Shown: positions 53,167-63,244, counted from the first letter of the stretch. The stretch is 64,000 nt of DNA from Candidatus Iainarchaeum sp. (GCA_016187745.1 JACPJC010000001.1:29571-93570), one strand, 5' to 3'. Translations and numbers: made by a program. Notes: generated from the sequence alone by a model not told the origin.

Positions 53167-54741
53167 TTATATTAATTCCGCCTTTTTCAAAACCTGCGGA
53201 ACACTATATTTGCATTTTCTTACTCTCTGTAATGCCCTTTTAGCCTCTTTTTTAGTAAGAAAGCCGACGGTAACTTCTCTTGCTAAACGGGTGGTATCTG
53301 GGTGAAATCCTAAATTTTTACATAACGGCTCTTCTGCAGCGCAGGCTAAAAGGCAGGAAGCAGCATTGGATTGAACATTATGATAATAATTCCATCCCAT
53401 CTTTTTAAGAATTTTTTTAGTATCTTTTAATTTTGCCTGAATCAAAAATGGAAAATGCACAATATAAACAGCAGGCTTATCGGGAAAAGGTTTTAATTTT
53501 CTAATTGCAGATACAACTAGTTTCTTTTGCGAGGTGCTTTGTTTTAAGGAGGTCCATTCATTAATTCCAATTGCTACTGCCCGCACTCCGTGCTTGAGAG
53601 CCTCAAAATAGCGAGCATGGATTATTAATTCTCTGCATACCCAGCAAGGTCGCACAACACCCTGATATTCTCTACGGCCAGCTACATAATCCTTAACAAA
53701 TTCCTCTTTTTTATCTCTTTTATAGAGGTCTGCCATTTTGCGAAAGCTTCTTAGCATTTTTTTAGTAATATATTTTCTGACAGGGATTATTTCATAATCA
53801 ACTCCGCACATCTCAGCCACCTTTTTTGCTCTTCGGTAAATGTAAGGGTGGAAATAACCCAGGTCAAAAGTGAATGCGAGAGGGGTAAATCCCATTTCTC
53901 TAACCTGATATAGTGTGGCTGAGCTATCCTTTCCGCCAGAAAGCCCTACCATTATATCGTATTTTCCTTTGCCGCTTCCTATGAATGATTTGAAAAGTGC
54001 TAATTCTTTAGCTAGAGCTTTCTTGTCAAAATTCTTCAGGTATATTTCGCAAACATCACAATAGCCTTCCTTATTAAACTTAATAAAAGGGTTCTGATTT
54101 GTATTAATACACTTCTTGCATTCTTGTATTTTTTTTGGGATTAAACTTTTTATTATCTTATCCACAATCTCTGCCACACAAATAGTGGAAGTGTTAAATA
54201 CCAAATCAGCCTCTTTCTCAATCTTCTTTGTTAGATATAGGCGGTCTTCCTCTTTTAATTCGTTTAAAATCTCTTTCTTCGAATACCCCCTTTTCTTGGA
54301 AAGTCTTTCTAAAATGTCTTCTTTATTTGCTTTAAGGAAAACAACCAAATAGCCTTGTTTCTTGAAATATTTCGCATTTTCGTATCCTCTAACGCCGGTA
54401 AATATCAAAGGCGCTGTAGGATATTTTTTTGAATAGATATTCTCAAAAGTCTCTGCTATAAAAGAGGGAAAATATTGTTTAACTAAAGAAGAGAAGATTT
54501 CCCTCGCATCTTTCCTATTTATCGGGGCTTTGGCAGCCAGATTTTTATCAACAATTTTCTCAAGACTATAAAGAAGCGTGTTATAATTGGAGGGCAATTT
54601 TTTGAAATGGCGCGCTATGGGAACAATAAGACCATCGGAAGATTCTACAATTTTATAATTAGGGAGTTTGAAAGATAACTTTTTTGCAATTGTTGACTTG
54701 CCTGTTGCAGGCTCTCCAAAAATTACAATATTTTTTAACAT
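53167..54741 (-). CDS. Fusion protein: N-terminal P-loop kinase-like domain + Zn-ribbon + PP-loop ATP pyrophosphatase (N-type ATP PPase/amidotransferase-like) domain
   Basis: 524 aa. Walker A FGEPATGKST at the N-terminus; CKKC...CDVC zinc ribbon followed by the PP-loop VGLSGGKDSS, and a later CWVC pair. This architecture resembles N-acetyl-sugar amidotransferase/QueC-like enzymes. Confidence 0.65.
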   Translation of the reverse strand: MLKNIVIFGEPATGKSTIAKKLSFKLPNYKIVESSDGLIVPIARHFKKLPSNYNTLLYSLEKIVDKNLAAKAPINRKDAREIFSSLVKQYFPSFIAETFENIYSKKYPTAPLIFTGVRGYENAKYFKKQGYLVVFLKANKEDILERLSKKRGYSKKEILNELKEEDRLYLTKKIEKEADLVFNTSTICVAEIVDKIIKSLIPKKIQECKKCINTNQNPFIKFNKEGYCDVCEIYLKNFDKKALAKELALFKSFIGSGKGKYDIMVGLSGGKDSSATLYQVREMGFTPLAFTFDLGYFHPYIYRRAKKVAEMCGVDYEIIPVRKYITKKMLRSFRKMADLYKRDKKEEFVKDYVAGRREYQGVVRPCWVCRELIIHARYFEALKHGVRAVAIGINEWTSLKQSTSQKKLVVSAIRKLKPFPDKPAVYIVHFPFLIQAKLKDTKKILKKMGWNYYHNVQSNAASCLLACAAEEPLCKNLGFHPDTTRLAREVTVGFLTKKEAKRALQRVRKCKYSVPQVLKKAELI

Positions 54742-54796
54742 GCGTTACTCACACAGTGTCCATATTTAGAGAGTATCTAAATTAATATATCCGTTG

Positions 54797-55867
54797 CTAA
54801 ACAGCTTTTATTGCAGAATAGGGGCACAGCTCAACGCAAACAAGGCACCGGATGCATTTGCGCTCGTTTATTTCAGGGAATCCGTTTGAATTGTCAAATG
54901 CGAACGCGCTTTCAGGGCAGAAGTGCAGGCATTTCCTGCATTTTGCGCATTCCCGCAAATTTATTTCAGGCCTTTGCGCAGATAGTTTTGCCTTGAGCAC
55001 CTTGTGCGTGAATCCGTATGCGAGCCTTGAAAGGCGCGTCGGCAGCCAGTCAATCTTTTTCGGCAGTTCCAGATCAAAATGCCTTTCCCCTATTATTTCA
55101 ATATCCGGAATTCCGAATTCCTTTATTGCCAGATTCAAATGATTTATTTTATTTGCTGGAATTCCTGCGCATTTTGCAATCGCGCAATCAACTGCAAGGG
55201 AATTTGTCCCTGCAAACACTTTATCCAGTTTTATTTTCTCACCGGAGTGCGGGCCGCTTCCCTGCATTGCTGTTGTTGCATCCACAAGCACCAAATCGGG
55301 TTTAAGGATGCGGTTGTAATCAACAATCGCCTCATCAAGGCCAATCGTATGGCACTTTAATTTATCATTCGGGTGCAAACATCCTTTCATATTCTTCAGC
55401 GCGCAGGTAAGAGTTGTAAGGACATGGGTTTTGAGCACAGGCACATTTACAATTTTGTCTGCATTGAGAATTGTTTCGGAAATTCTCGCGCTTTTGAGAA
55501 CCCTCGCATTCGGAATTTTCACATTCCTGAATTTTCCCTTATTCAAATCAATCAATTCAATGCCGTATTTTTTTGCAATCCCATAATATCCCGCTTTCCG
55601 GAAGTTCGCGAGCGCATTCCCTATTATTGAAGTTCCTTCCGCGATTGCAATGTGAGGGCTTTTTTTTATGAGCACGGAAACAAGGGAATCAATTACTGCA
55701 GAAGAAGTATTTGCTCCTGTTCCAGAAACCTGGAATTCATTTACATTCGGCTTTATTACAATCTTATCATTTTTCCCGAAGCCGGAAAAATTTATCGCAT
55801 CAAGCGCGGAAGAAACGGCATTATTCACGCTCGGCAGCGCCTCTGAGCATGCAACTTTTTCCCTCAT
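54797..55867 (-). CDS. DUF362 domain protein fused to a 2x[4Fe-4S] ferredoxin domain
   Basis: 356 aa. DUF362 blocks (KIVIKPNVN..., VPVLKTHVLT..., MKGCLHP), and a C-terminal CAKCRKCLHFCP...CIRCLVCVELCP. Confidence 0.7.
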   Translation of the reverse strand: MREKVACSEALPSVNNAVSSALDAINFSGFGKNDKIVIKPNVNEFQVSGTGANTSSAVIDSLVSVLIKKSPHIAIAEGTSIIGNALANFRKAGYYGIAKKYGIELIDLNKGKFRNVKIPNARVLKSARISETILNADKIVNVPVLKTHVLTTLTCALKNMKGCLHPNDKLKCHTIGLDEAIVDYNRILKPDLVLVDATTAMQGSGPHSGEKIKLDKVFAGTNSLAVDCAIAKCAGIPANKINHLNLAIKEFGIPDIEIIGERHFDLELPKKIDWLPTRLSRLAYGFTHKVLKAKLSAQRPEINLRECAKCRKCLHFCPESAFAFDNSNGFPEINERKCIRCLVCVELCPYSAIKAV

Positions 55868-56427
55868 CCCAAAACCCTTTTGGCGTAAACCAGCCTTGAA
55901 GCGAGCGCATATGCGCCGATGAGCAGGACAGCATAGACCGCATATCTTACCGCATTTGCGGCAGGCACAAGCAGCCCGAGGAAAATTATTGCTGTGCGCA
56001 CCGCGCGCAAACTGATGCGCTCCCCGGTTGTTTTCTCAACCTGCGCATCAAGGCATGCAGAGGCATAGCTTGCAATTGTTATGAGCGTTAATGCAAGCAA
56101 ACCAACCCACAATTCAACCAATCCCGCGAGGATTATTGCGCTGAGAATTATCGCATCATTTATCCTGTCTGCAACCTTGTCAAAGAGTGAGCCGAATTTT
56201 GTTGCGCGCCTGTGGGTTTTTGCAACTTCGCCGTCAAGCGAATCAAAAATTCCAGAAAGGAGCCAGAATGTTGCGGCAGGCAAGAGCGCATTTTGCAGTA
56301 TGAAATAGCCCGCAATGATGCAGAGCAGGATTGAGAATGCCGTTATGTAATTCGGGCTCATGTTCATGCGCTTTGCTATTGGCGCAAGCAGCATCGCCTC
56401 TATCCTGCCCTTTGTTTTTATTTCCAT
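55864..56427 (-). CDS. CDP-alcohol phosphatidyltransferase family protein
   Basis: 187 aa. DSLDGEVAKTHRRATKFGSLFDKVADRINDA matches D-G-x2-A-R-x8-G-x3-D-x3-D. Confidence 0.8.
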   Translation of the reverse strand: MEIKTKGRIEAMLLAPIAKRMNMSPNYITAFSILLCIIAGYFILQNALLPAATFWLLSGIFDSLDGEVAKTHRRATKFGSLFDKVADRINDAIILSAIILAGLVELWVGLLALTLITIASYASACLDAQVEKTTGERISLRAVRTAIIFLGLLVPAANAVRYAVYAVLLIGAYALASRLVYAKRVLG

Positions 56428-56925
56428 TCATCCCAGCCCGAACAGTTTTGAAAGCCAGGCAATCCCATAGAAGCCGGCATATGCTATTGCCGAATATTTT
56501 ATTACTTTCCCAATTGCAGTTGCAACAATGAATTTTCTTAGCGAATATCCCATAATGCCGCAGAATATCCCCACAACATCAAAGGGGAGCGGGGTTGCGG
56601 CAAAAATAAGTATTACGAAAAAACCCCCGAATTTCTCGAAATATTTCTCCATTGCCTTCAGCTTGTCCCTGTAATTGTTAAGCGCGAGCTTTTCGCTACC
56701 ATAGCCGATTCCATAGCCGATCATCTCCCCGAGCGCTGCCCCGATTCCCGCGGAAATCCCCAAAAACAGCGGATTGAAGCCGAACTGAGGCGCGGCCATT
56801 ATGAAAATCACGATAAATGCAGGCGTGGGCAGGAAAAGCGTTGCAGAACTTATAAAGCCTGCAAGCAGCGCCCCCAAATACCCGAGGCTTACTATCAATT
56901 CAGTCAAAAGCACATCAAGGGCCAT
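56428..56925 (-). CDS. DedA/SNARE-associated (TVP38-like) membrane protein
   Basis: 165 aa. ...LPFDVVGIFCGIMGYSLRKF... is a DedA signature. Its stop is adjacent to the next gene's start, so the two are probably co-transcribed. Confidence 0.7.
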   Translation of the reverse strand: MALDVLLTELIVSLGYLGALLAGFISSATLFLPTPAFIVIFIMAAPQFGFNPLFLGISAGIGAALGEMIGYGIGYGSEKLALNNYRDKLKAMEKYFEKFGGFFVILIFAATPLPFDVVGIFCGIMGYSLRKFIVATAIGKVIKYSAIAYAGFYGIAWLSKLFGLG

Positions 56926-57034
56926 TTTCTCACGCGGAATCAGTTATGATTATAGAATGATTTATTATTAATTGTTTTTACTAAAGAACCTTGGCGCTGA
57001 ACATTAAGCGCTTTGGCATTTATGCCAAGGTTCT

Positions 57035-57754
57035 TTACATTCCGCTCAGCAGCCTTTCGGCCTCAAACCTCGGGAGCCCGGCCTGCAAAACCTCATCATA
57101 TGTTTTTTTCACGTCATATTCCACTCTGAAAATTTCCAGTTCCCTGGTTTCAGTATCAAGGATTCCGAAGCCGGCATTTTTATCCCCGTCACGCGGCTGC
57201 CCCACGGAGGGGAGAGACACAACAATGCGCCTTCCCATGCACTTTACTTTTGAGTTTCCGATAATTGCCTTCGTGCTATCCGCATTTGCCTCATAATAGA
57301 AAGGCATGTGCACATGCCCGCATATTACCAAGGCCTCAGGCACGCGCCGAAGTGAATTCCTTGCAATTTCCTCATCCATATAGCCCCACAAGGGATTTTC
57401 GGGGCTTCCGTGGAGCGCAAGCATATACTGCATCGAGAAAAACCTTGGCAGTTCAGAAAGGAATTTTTTGTTCTGCGCAGTTAATTGTGGTTTTGTCCAT
57501 TTTATGCATTCCGCGGCCTCGGGATTGAATTCCTCAAGCGGAATTTCCCCAACAGAAGCCGCATCATGGTTTCCCTGAATGCATATAACATTGTTGTTGC
57601 GCAAGCGCTCAATGCACTCATTCGGCCTTGCATTGTATCCTACAATGTCCCCAAGGCACAGGGCGCGCTCATAGCCGGTTTTCTGCGCAGCGGCAAGTAC
57701 GGCATTCAGCGCGTGCAAATTGCCGTGCACATCCGCAATAAGTAGATAGCGCAT
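57035..57754 (-). CDS. Metallophosphoesterase (YfcE/ApaH-like)
   Basis: 239 aa. LIADVHGN, LGDIVGY, GNHD, GHVH. Confidence 0.85.
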   Translation of the reverse strand: MRYLLIADVHGNLHALNAVLAAAQKTGYERALCLGDIVGYNARPNECIERLRNNNVICIQGNHDAASVGEIPLEEFNPEAAECIKWTKPQLTAQNKKFLSELPRFFSMQYMLALHGSPENPLWGYMDEEIARNSLRRVPEALVICGHVHMPFYYEANADSTKAIIGNSKVKCMGRRIVVSLPSVGQPRDGDKNAGFGILDTETRELEIFRVEYDVKKTYDEVLQAGLPRFEAERLLSGM

Positions 57755-57771
57755 TCCTGAAGCCCCTGACT

Positions 57772-57927
57772 TCAGCCCCTGAGGAATACTACTATCCCTA
57801 TAACCATCAGAATCAGCCCGAAATAGGGATTTATTATGTCAATTGGCGCGGGAAATTTAGGCAGGTATGTGCCAACGCCCAGCCCGATCAGAAACATCCC
57901 GACAGCATGCGCCGAATCAGTCGCCAT
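57772..57927 (-). CDS. Possible 51-aa small membrane protein (below the ORF-track cutoff)
   Basis: MATDSAHAVGMFLIGLGVGTYLPKFPAPIDIINPYFGLILMVIGIVVFLRG; two hydrophobic helices. Confidence 0.25.
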   Translation of the reverse strand: MATDSAHAVGMFLIGLGVGTYLPKFPAPIDIINPYFGLILMVIGIVVFLRG

Positions 57928-57996
57928 TATATTGCCTCCATGGTTTCTCCAATAATTAATGCAAGGTGATTATTAAATCTATTGATTGTGCAGGCC

Positions 57997-59856
57997 TTAT
58001 TCAAAATCAGATGGCAATATTACCTCTTTTTTGTGTTTTTCCACTGCCTCAAGCAATCTCCTTCTCTGCTGCCCAATATGCTGCTTAAACACCTCAGGAA
58101 CATTAGTTTCCGCCCTGTAGATGCCCTCAATCCTGTCCAGCCTCTCAAGGAGTTTTTTGGCCCTTATTGAGAATTGTCTTTCATAATCCTTTTCCGCAAA
58201 TTCCCTGTTAAAAAGCATTTTAAAAAGTTCCTTAAGGTCTTCAAACCGCGGGATTAGCCCTATGGGGGTTTCAATTGCATTGCATTCGTTATGCACCCTT
58301 GCCTCCATCCAGGCAAGCCAGGCTTTCTTGTCAGCTCTCCTGTTCAGGAATTCCCCATTTTCCTTAAGGAAATAGTTTGTGGCAAAGATTCTGGGCGGCT
58401 TATCAAGCAGCAGGCCGAATTTCAGATGGTTTTCTATATACGTGCCCAGGGGTATAACCAGAAAATCCAGGTTCGCCATAGGGTTGTGCTCCCTGACCCC
58501 TGTCTGCCCCAAAGTTGCCGCAGTGGTTTCTGATTCCAGCGCAGCGCCTATAAATACGCCATGGGGCCAGCCAAAAGATTCCAGCACAGGGGGGGAAGTA
58601 TCAGAATCCCTGCCTCCATAAATAATGCCTGAGACCGGCACCCCATCCGGATTATGCAAATTCTGATCAACATTCTCCAATTCCCCAAGCCTGATTGTGT
58701 AACGGGCATTCCTGTGCGCAGGCAGAATTTCTTTGCCAGTAGCATCTTTGTTTCCAAGCTCCCAATTTCCCGCATAATTTCTTCCCTGAACCGGGATATC
58801 CCTCCCCATCCCAAGCCAATAAGGGTTCTTATCAGCAATCAGGACATTTGAGAATATCATTTCCCTGGGGGTTGTAAGCGCTTTATAGATTAAAGGGTCA
58901 TCACTTGGATTGACTTCCTCAATGATTCCGAAAATCCCCTGTTCAGCATTTGCTGCATATGCCCTGCCATCATTGCCTGCCATCAGGTATGCAATATCAT
59001 CGCCAACAATTGTCTGCCCAGGAATCATTGCAGTTGAGGTCTTGCCGCAGGCGCTTGGAAAAGCGCCTGTAAAATAAGTTGTGCGGTTTTTTCCTTCGGG
59101 CCTGACGCCAATTATCAGCATGTGCTCGCAAAGCCAGTTTTCCAAATGGGATTTCTTGATTGCAAGGCGGAGTGCTAATTTCTTCAGCCCAACGCTGTTG
59201 CCTGCATACTGGCAGTTTATTGTAAATACCCTGTTTCCCTCCAAGTCCATGTAGATCCTTCTCTTGCTGATGTTCTTGCTGATTCCATTTTCAAGCTCCC
59301 CCGAGGAATGGACAAAATGAAAGAAGTTGCTTGATCCGCCCAGCCTTCTGAATTCCTCATATCCTGCCCTGTACAGGATATCCTCGCTGTGCGCAACATA
59401 GGCGGAATCGGTCAACTGCAGCGCGCAAATTGAAAACCTTGATTTTACAGGAGCCAGGCAGAAAAATCTCACCAGCATTTCCTTGCCCGCCATTATGTTG
59501 CGCAGCAATCCTGAAATTTCTTCTAGGCATTTCTCCCTATCGGCAGTATTTATTGCCTTGCCAAGGGTCTGGCCATCTGAAACAAGCACCTTCGTGTTTT
59601 CCCTATCCCTCCCCTGGTCATGATAGCCGTCAAAATGCACAGTATGCCCCTGCATGGCCAGTGGCATTTCCTCGCCCCATTTTATTGCCAGCTCCTTTAC
59701 ATAATTGATGTCTTCTTTTGAATCAGTAATAACACTTATTTTTTCCGGCCTGCACAAATTCGCATATTCCTCCACAATCCCCAGAACATGCCTGTTGCCG
59801 AGCCCAAGCAGTTTGTCAGAATTGCCCTCATCCAGCACCGCCTTCGGGATATCCAT
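57997..59856 (-). CDS. pckG: Phosphoenolpyruvate carboxykinase (GTP)
   Basis: 619 aa. PEPCK-GTP signature FPSACGKTSTAMIPGQTIVGDDIAY and kinase-1a/P-loop. Confidence 0.9.
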   Translation of the reverse strand: MDIPKAVLDEGNSDKLLGLGNRHVLGIVEEYANLCRPEKISVITDSKEDINYVKELAIKWGEEMPLAMQGHTVHFDGYHDQGRDRENTKVLVSDGQTLGKAINTADREKCLEEISGLLRNIMAGKEMLVRFFCLAPVKSRFSICALQLTDSAYVAHSEDILYRAGYEEFRRLGGSSNFFHFVHSSGELENGISKNISKRRIYMDLEGNRVFTINCQYAGNSVGLKKLALRLAIKKSHLENWLCEHMLIIGVRPEGKNRTTYFTGAFPSACGKTSTAMIPGQTIVGDDIAYLMAGNDGRAYAANAEQGIFGIIEEVNPSDDPLIYKALTTPREMIFSNVLIADKNPYWLGMGRDIPVQGRNYAGNWELGNKDATGKEILPAHRNARYTIRLGELENVDQNLHNPDGVPVSGIIYGGRDSDTSPPVLESFGWPHGVFIGAALESETTAATLGQTGVREHNPMANLDFLVIPLGTYIENHLKFGLLLDKPPRIFATNYFLKENGEFLNRRADKKAWLAWMEARVHNECNAIETPIGLIPRFEDLKELFKMLFNREFAEKDYERQFSIRAKKLLERLDRIEGIYRAETNVPEVFKQHIGQQRRRLLEAVEKHKKEVILPSDFE

Positions 59857-59860
59857 AGAA

Positions 59861-60304
59861 TTACCTTCCTGCCCTGATGTTCAGGTCCTGCTTCAGCACA
59901 ATGAATGATTTTGTTTCAAGCACTCCGGAAATTCTCCTTATTGTATCTATAAGCTTGTTCATTTTCTCATGGCTCTGCGCCTCCCCGAAGCATATTATGT
60001 CATATTCCCCGGAAACCTCGCATATGTGGTTTATCTCATAGGGCAGCGCCTTGAGCCTTTTTATCATTTCCCTTGCATCAACCGCGGGCTTCAGCCTTAT
60101 GCATATGATTGCGCGGTAATCGAATTCAGTATTTGTTTCAATCCCGAATTTTATTATTGTGCCGGAATCCAGCATCCTTTTCACGCGGTGCCTTATGGTC
60201 CCCTCGGAAAGGCCCAGTTTCCTCCCTATGCCCATGAAGTGCAGCCTGCTGTTCTCCCTCAGGAGCGAGAGTATTTTCTTGTCGGTTTCATCGGCTTTCA
60301 TCAA
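59861..60304 (-). CDS. lrp: Lrp/AsnC-family transcriptional regulator
   Basis: 147 aa. HTH DETDKKILSLLRENSRLHFMGIGRKLGLSEGTIRHRVKRM, plus a RAM domain. Confidence 0.9.
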   Translation of the reverse strand: MMKADETDKKILSLLRENSRLHFMGIGRKLGLSEGTIRHRVKRMLDSGTIIKFGIETNTEFDYRAIICIRLKPAVDAREMIKRLKALPYEINHICEVSGEYDIICFGEAQSHEKMNKLIDTIRRISGVLETKSFIVLKQDLNIRAGR

Positions 60305-60362
60305 AGAAGCAGATACGAAATTGTTTAAAAACCTTACTGAAATTACGGATTTCGTTTTTCAC

Positions 60363-61334
60363 TCACTTCTTTATTCCCCTGGCCTCAAACAGTTCCGAAA
60401 CCGATTTGTTTTCGTGGATGTTCCCTATCGCCTTTGCAAGAATCTCCGAAACCGAAAGGACCCTGATTTTTCCGATTGCCCTTTCGCTTGCAATCGGGAT
60501 GGTGTCCGTAACAATCAGCTCCTTTATCGGCGCGGAATTCAGCTTTTCAATGGCATTTCCCGCAAGTATTGCATGCGTAACAGCAACATAAATGTCCCCC
60601 GCGCCGTTCTCCTTCAGGATTTTCGCGGCATTTACAATAGTTCCCCCGGTGCTTATCTCATCATCTATTATTGCAATGTTCCTGCCCTTCACTTCCCCGA
60701 TCAGGGAAACTGTTTCAACCTCATCATGCACCCCGCGCTTTTTGCTTATTACTGCCATTTCCGCATCCAGCAGCCTTGCGAAATCCCTTGCGCCCTTTGC
60801 GCTTCCGACATCCGGCGCAACAACGGTAAGGCTTGGGAGCTTCTTGCTCCGCAGATAATTCAATATGAGCGGCTCCGCAGTAAGATTGTCAAGGGGAATA
60901 TCGAAGAAGCCCTGCACCTGTCCGGAATGCAAATCAATTACCGCAACCCTGTCCGCGCCCGCAGCAGTAAGCAAATCAGCGACCAATTTTGCAGTAATTG
61001 GCTCCCTGCTCTCAGTTTTCCTGTCCTGCCTCCTGTATCCGTAAAAAGGCATAACTGCGGTAATGCGCCCCGCACTCGCGCGCTTTGCAGCATCAATCAT
61101 TATCAAAAGTTCCATTATATTTTCATTAGCGGGATTGCAGGTGGGCTGCACAAGAAAAACGTCCTTTCCCCTTATGTTCTCAAGGAACTGCACGTATGTT
61201 TCATTATCAGCAAACCGCTCAATCCTTATTTTTCCAAGCGCAATTCCGAGATGCTCCGCAATTCCCTCAGTGAGCTTCGGGTTTGCGCTTCCTGAAAACA
61301 GAACAAGGTCAAAATTTTCCATAACTCTCCCCAA
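60363..61334 (-). CDS. prs: Ribose-phosphate pyrophosphokinase
   Basis: 323 aa. PRPP-binding loop IIDDEISTGGTIV; divalent-cation site DLHS. Confidence 0.9.
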   Translation of the reverse strand: MGRVMENFDLVLFSGSANPKLTEGIAEHLGIALGKIRIERFADNETYVQFLENIRGKDVFLVQPTCNPANENIMELLIMIDAAKRASAGRITAVMPFYGYRRQDRKTESREPITAKLVADLLTAAGADRVAVIDLHSGQVQGFFDIPLDNLTAEPLILNYLRSKKLPSLTVVAPDVGSAKGARDFARLLDAEMAVISKKRGVHDEVETVSLIGEVKGRNIAIIDDEISTGGTIVNAAKILKENGAGDIYVAVTHAILAGNAIEKLNSAPIKELIVTDTIPIASERAIGKIRVLSVSEILAKAIGNIHENKSVSELFEARGIKK

Positions 61335-61344
61335 AAAAACAATA

Positions 61345-62187
61345 ATGGCTTCAGTTTTTATAGCTTTGTTTTCCTATTCTTTAATTATGCCTAAATTGGA
61401 TTTGATTCCCGAGCAGCAGCTCAAAAAGCATGCGCTTGTCTTCTGCATGGACAATATTCTCATTCCCGGGGACATTGCGCAGAAAATAAACAAGGGCGCA
61501 ATTGAGGAAATTTTGCAGAACCTCCACGAAATGGAAACGCGCTACAAGAATTTCCATGTTTTTGTTGTTTCAGGCGCAAAAACCGAAGAGGCAAAAGGCA
61601 TAATTTCTGAAAACGGCCTGAACTCCTACTTCAATGATGCAAATATTCTCGGGGTCACGCAAGCCTATGTGGATTCCAAGGAGCCCATAGATAAGGAGCG
61701 CTATGGGATTGAGCTGCAGAAAAACCCCAGATTTCGGGATGAGTTCTTCAAGCAGTATGCGATTGACAAGGAGATAATAGAAAAGCGCGGCATTCCCCGC
61801 GAGAACATACTTCTCATATGCCATGACCTCCTTACCGATGCTTTTTATACCCTGCGCTTCTCCCAGGTTGATTTTGCGCTTGTTAAGGGCGCGCTTTCCT
61901 ACCGGCATCTTCCAATTAAGGAAGTGATAAAGGGCCTTGTGTACCTTAACATGAACTGGAAGGAATTCAGGAAGCTCCTCACTGGAAAATCAAAAAAAGG
62001 AAACACAAAATTCCTGGAAAGCTATGTTTATTCAAGGCTTCAGAAGGACGTTATTGGCGGCTTCGAGATTGATGTCAAAACAATTGAGCTTAAAAAGAAG
62101 AAAAAGACTGAAAACAAAATGCAGCGCGCTGCGCTTGACTCCGCGCAGGCAGTAAAGGAAAAAACCGGCGGAAAGGCGGATTTCTAG
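61345..62187 (+). CDS. Hypothetical protein (possibly a HAD-like hydrolase) with a Lys-rich C-terminus
   Basis: The 374-aa ORF overlaps prs on the opposite strand; the first ATG clear of prs is at 61345 (MASVFIALF...). LVFCMDNILIPGD only weakly resembles HAD motif I. Confidence 0.45.
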   Translation: MASVFIALFSYSLIMPKLDLIPEQQLKKHALVFCMDNILIPGDIAQKINKGAIEEILQNLHEMETRYKNFHVFVVSGAKTEEAKGIISENGLNSYFNDANILGVTQAYVDSKEPIDKERYGIELQKNPRFRDEFFKQYAIDKEIIEKRGIPRENILLICHDLLTDAFYTLRFSQVDFALVKGALSYRHLPIKEVIKGLVYLNMNWKEFRKLLTGKSKKGNTKFLESYVYSRLQKDVIGGFEIDVKTIELKKKKKTENKMQRAALDSAQAVKEKTGGKADF

Positions 62188-62202
62188 GATTTTGTAATTG
62201 AC

Positions 62203-63244
62203 CTATTTCAAATCTTCATCACTCAAAATCATTGCCTCTGCATTCGGCCTTTTGTCTGTTGCCCCGTACTCATAGAATATGTCCAAAAACTTCTGCGCAG
62301 CCTCAACATGCCCATCAAAATCCTCTGTTGTGACCCAGATTGGGAATGGCACCTTATCAGCAATTTCATTTTCCATGCCTAAATATTTTGGAAGGAATTT
62401 CCTGAACTCATCCGGACTGGCATTAATCTCATCAACTGATTTTATCCGGACTGGCATTAATCTCATCAACTGATTTTGTGAGAATTGAAATGACCTTTTT
62501 TGCCTCGACAGGATGTTCTTTCATAAATTTCGTTGAGATGCTGAATGCCCCGCCGCACCAAGGGTCTGCAATATATCTTACCATTGGGCTTGCAATAAAA
62601 ACCTGCGAAATGCCTTTTTCCGTTCCAATAGTTCCAACTGGCTCAAGAGTTAGAACAGCATCAACCTGCCCTGACTGCAATGCCTGCAACTGCAATGGAA
62701 TAGCCAATTCAACAATCCTCACATCAATTTCTACTTCCAAATTATTTTCTGCAAGTATGTGCTTCGCAACAGTTTTGAACTGTATTCCCGGAATAATTCC
62801 AAGGTTCCTTCCCTTCAAATCAGCAATGGTTTTTATTGAAGCATCATCCCTTCTTGTGAGCAGCTCATCATTAAGATGCTGCAGGTCCCCGCAAACAAAG
62901 CCAAACACCTTGATGTTTCCTGGGGCTTTTGTCTCAGCAATTCCAACAATTCCCGTTCCTGTGTTGGCTGCAACATCAGTGCTTCCTGCCTCCAATGAAT
63001 CAACAATTTGGCCTGGATTGTCAAATCTTACTATTTCAACATCTAGACCTGCATCTTCAAAATAGTGGTTTTCAACAGCATTGAAAAGCAAAAGGCTTTG
63101 GACTGCAGGCAGATAACTGATTTTGATTTTAACATCCTCATTCTGTAAAATGGTTGCTTGCCCCGTAGTGGATATAAACACCGCTGAAAGCGCAGCAACA
63201 AGCGCAACGCACACAACAACCAAAATGAAATTTCTTTTGTTCAT
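62203..63244 (-). pseudogene. ABC transporter substrate-binding protein (NMT1/TauA-like), frameshifted by a 34-bp tandem duplication
   Basis: Signal/anchor MNKRNFILVVVCVALVAALSAVF. Two ORFs (62432..63244 and 62203..62469) each contain ...SVDEINASPD... . Removing one copy of the 34-bp repeat restores one ~335-aa reading frame. Confidence 0.6.
62411..62478. repeat. Perfect 34-bp tandem direct duplication (tccggactggcattaatctcatcaactgatttt-N x2)
   Basis: Copy 1 at 62411..62444, copy 2 at 62445..62478; identical except the last base (a/g). The length is not a multiple of 3. Confidence 0.85.

Noticed and set aside
61063-61344. 5' part of the 374-aa plus-strand ORF overlapping the start of prs
   Set aside because: Antisense to the conserved N-terminus of ribose-phosphate pyrophosphokinase. 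The first ATG after prs (61345) gives a non-overlapping gene.
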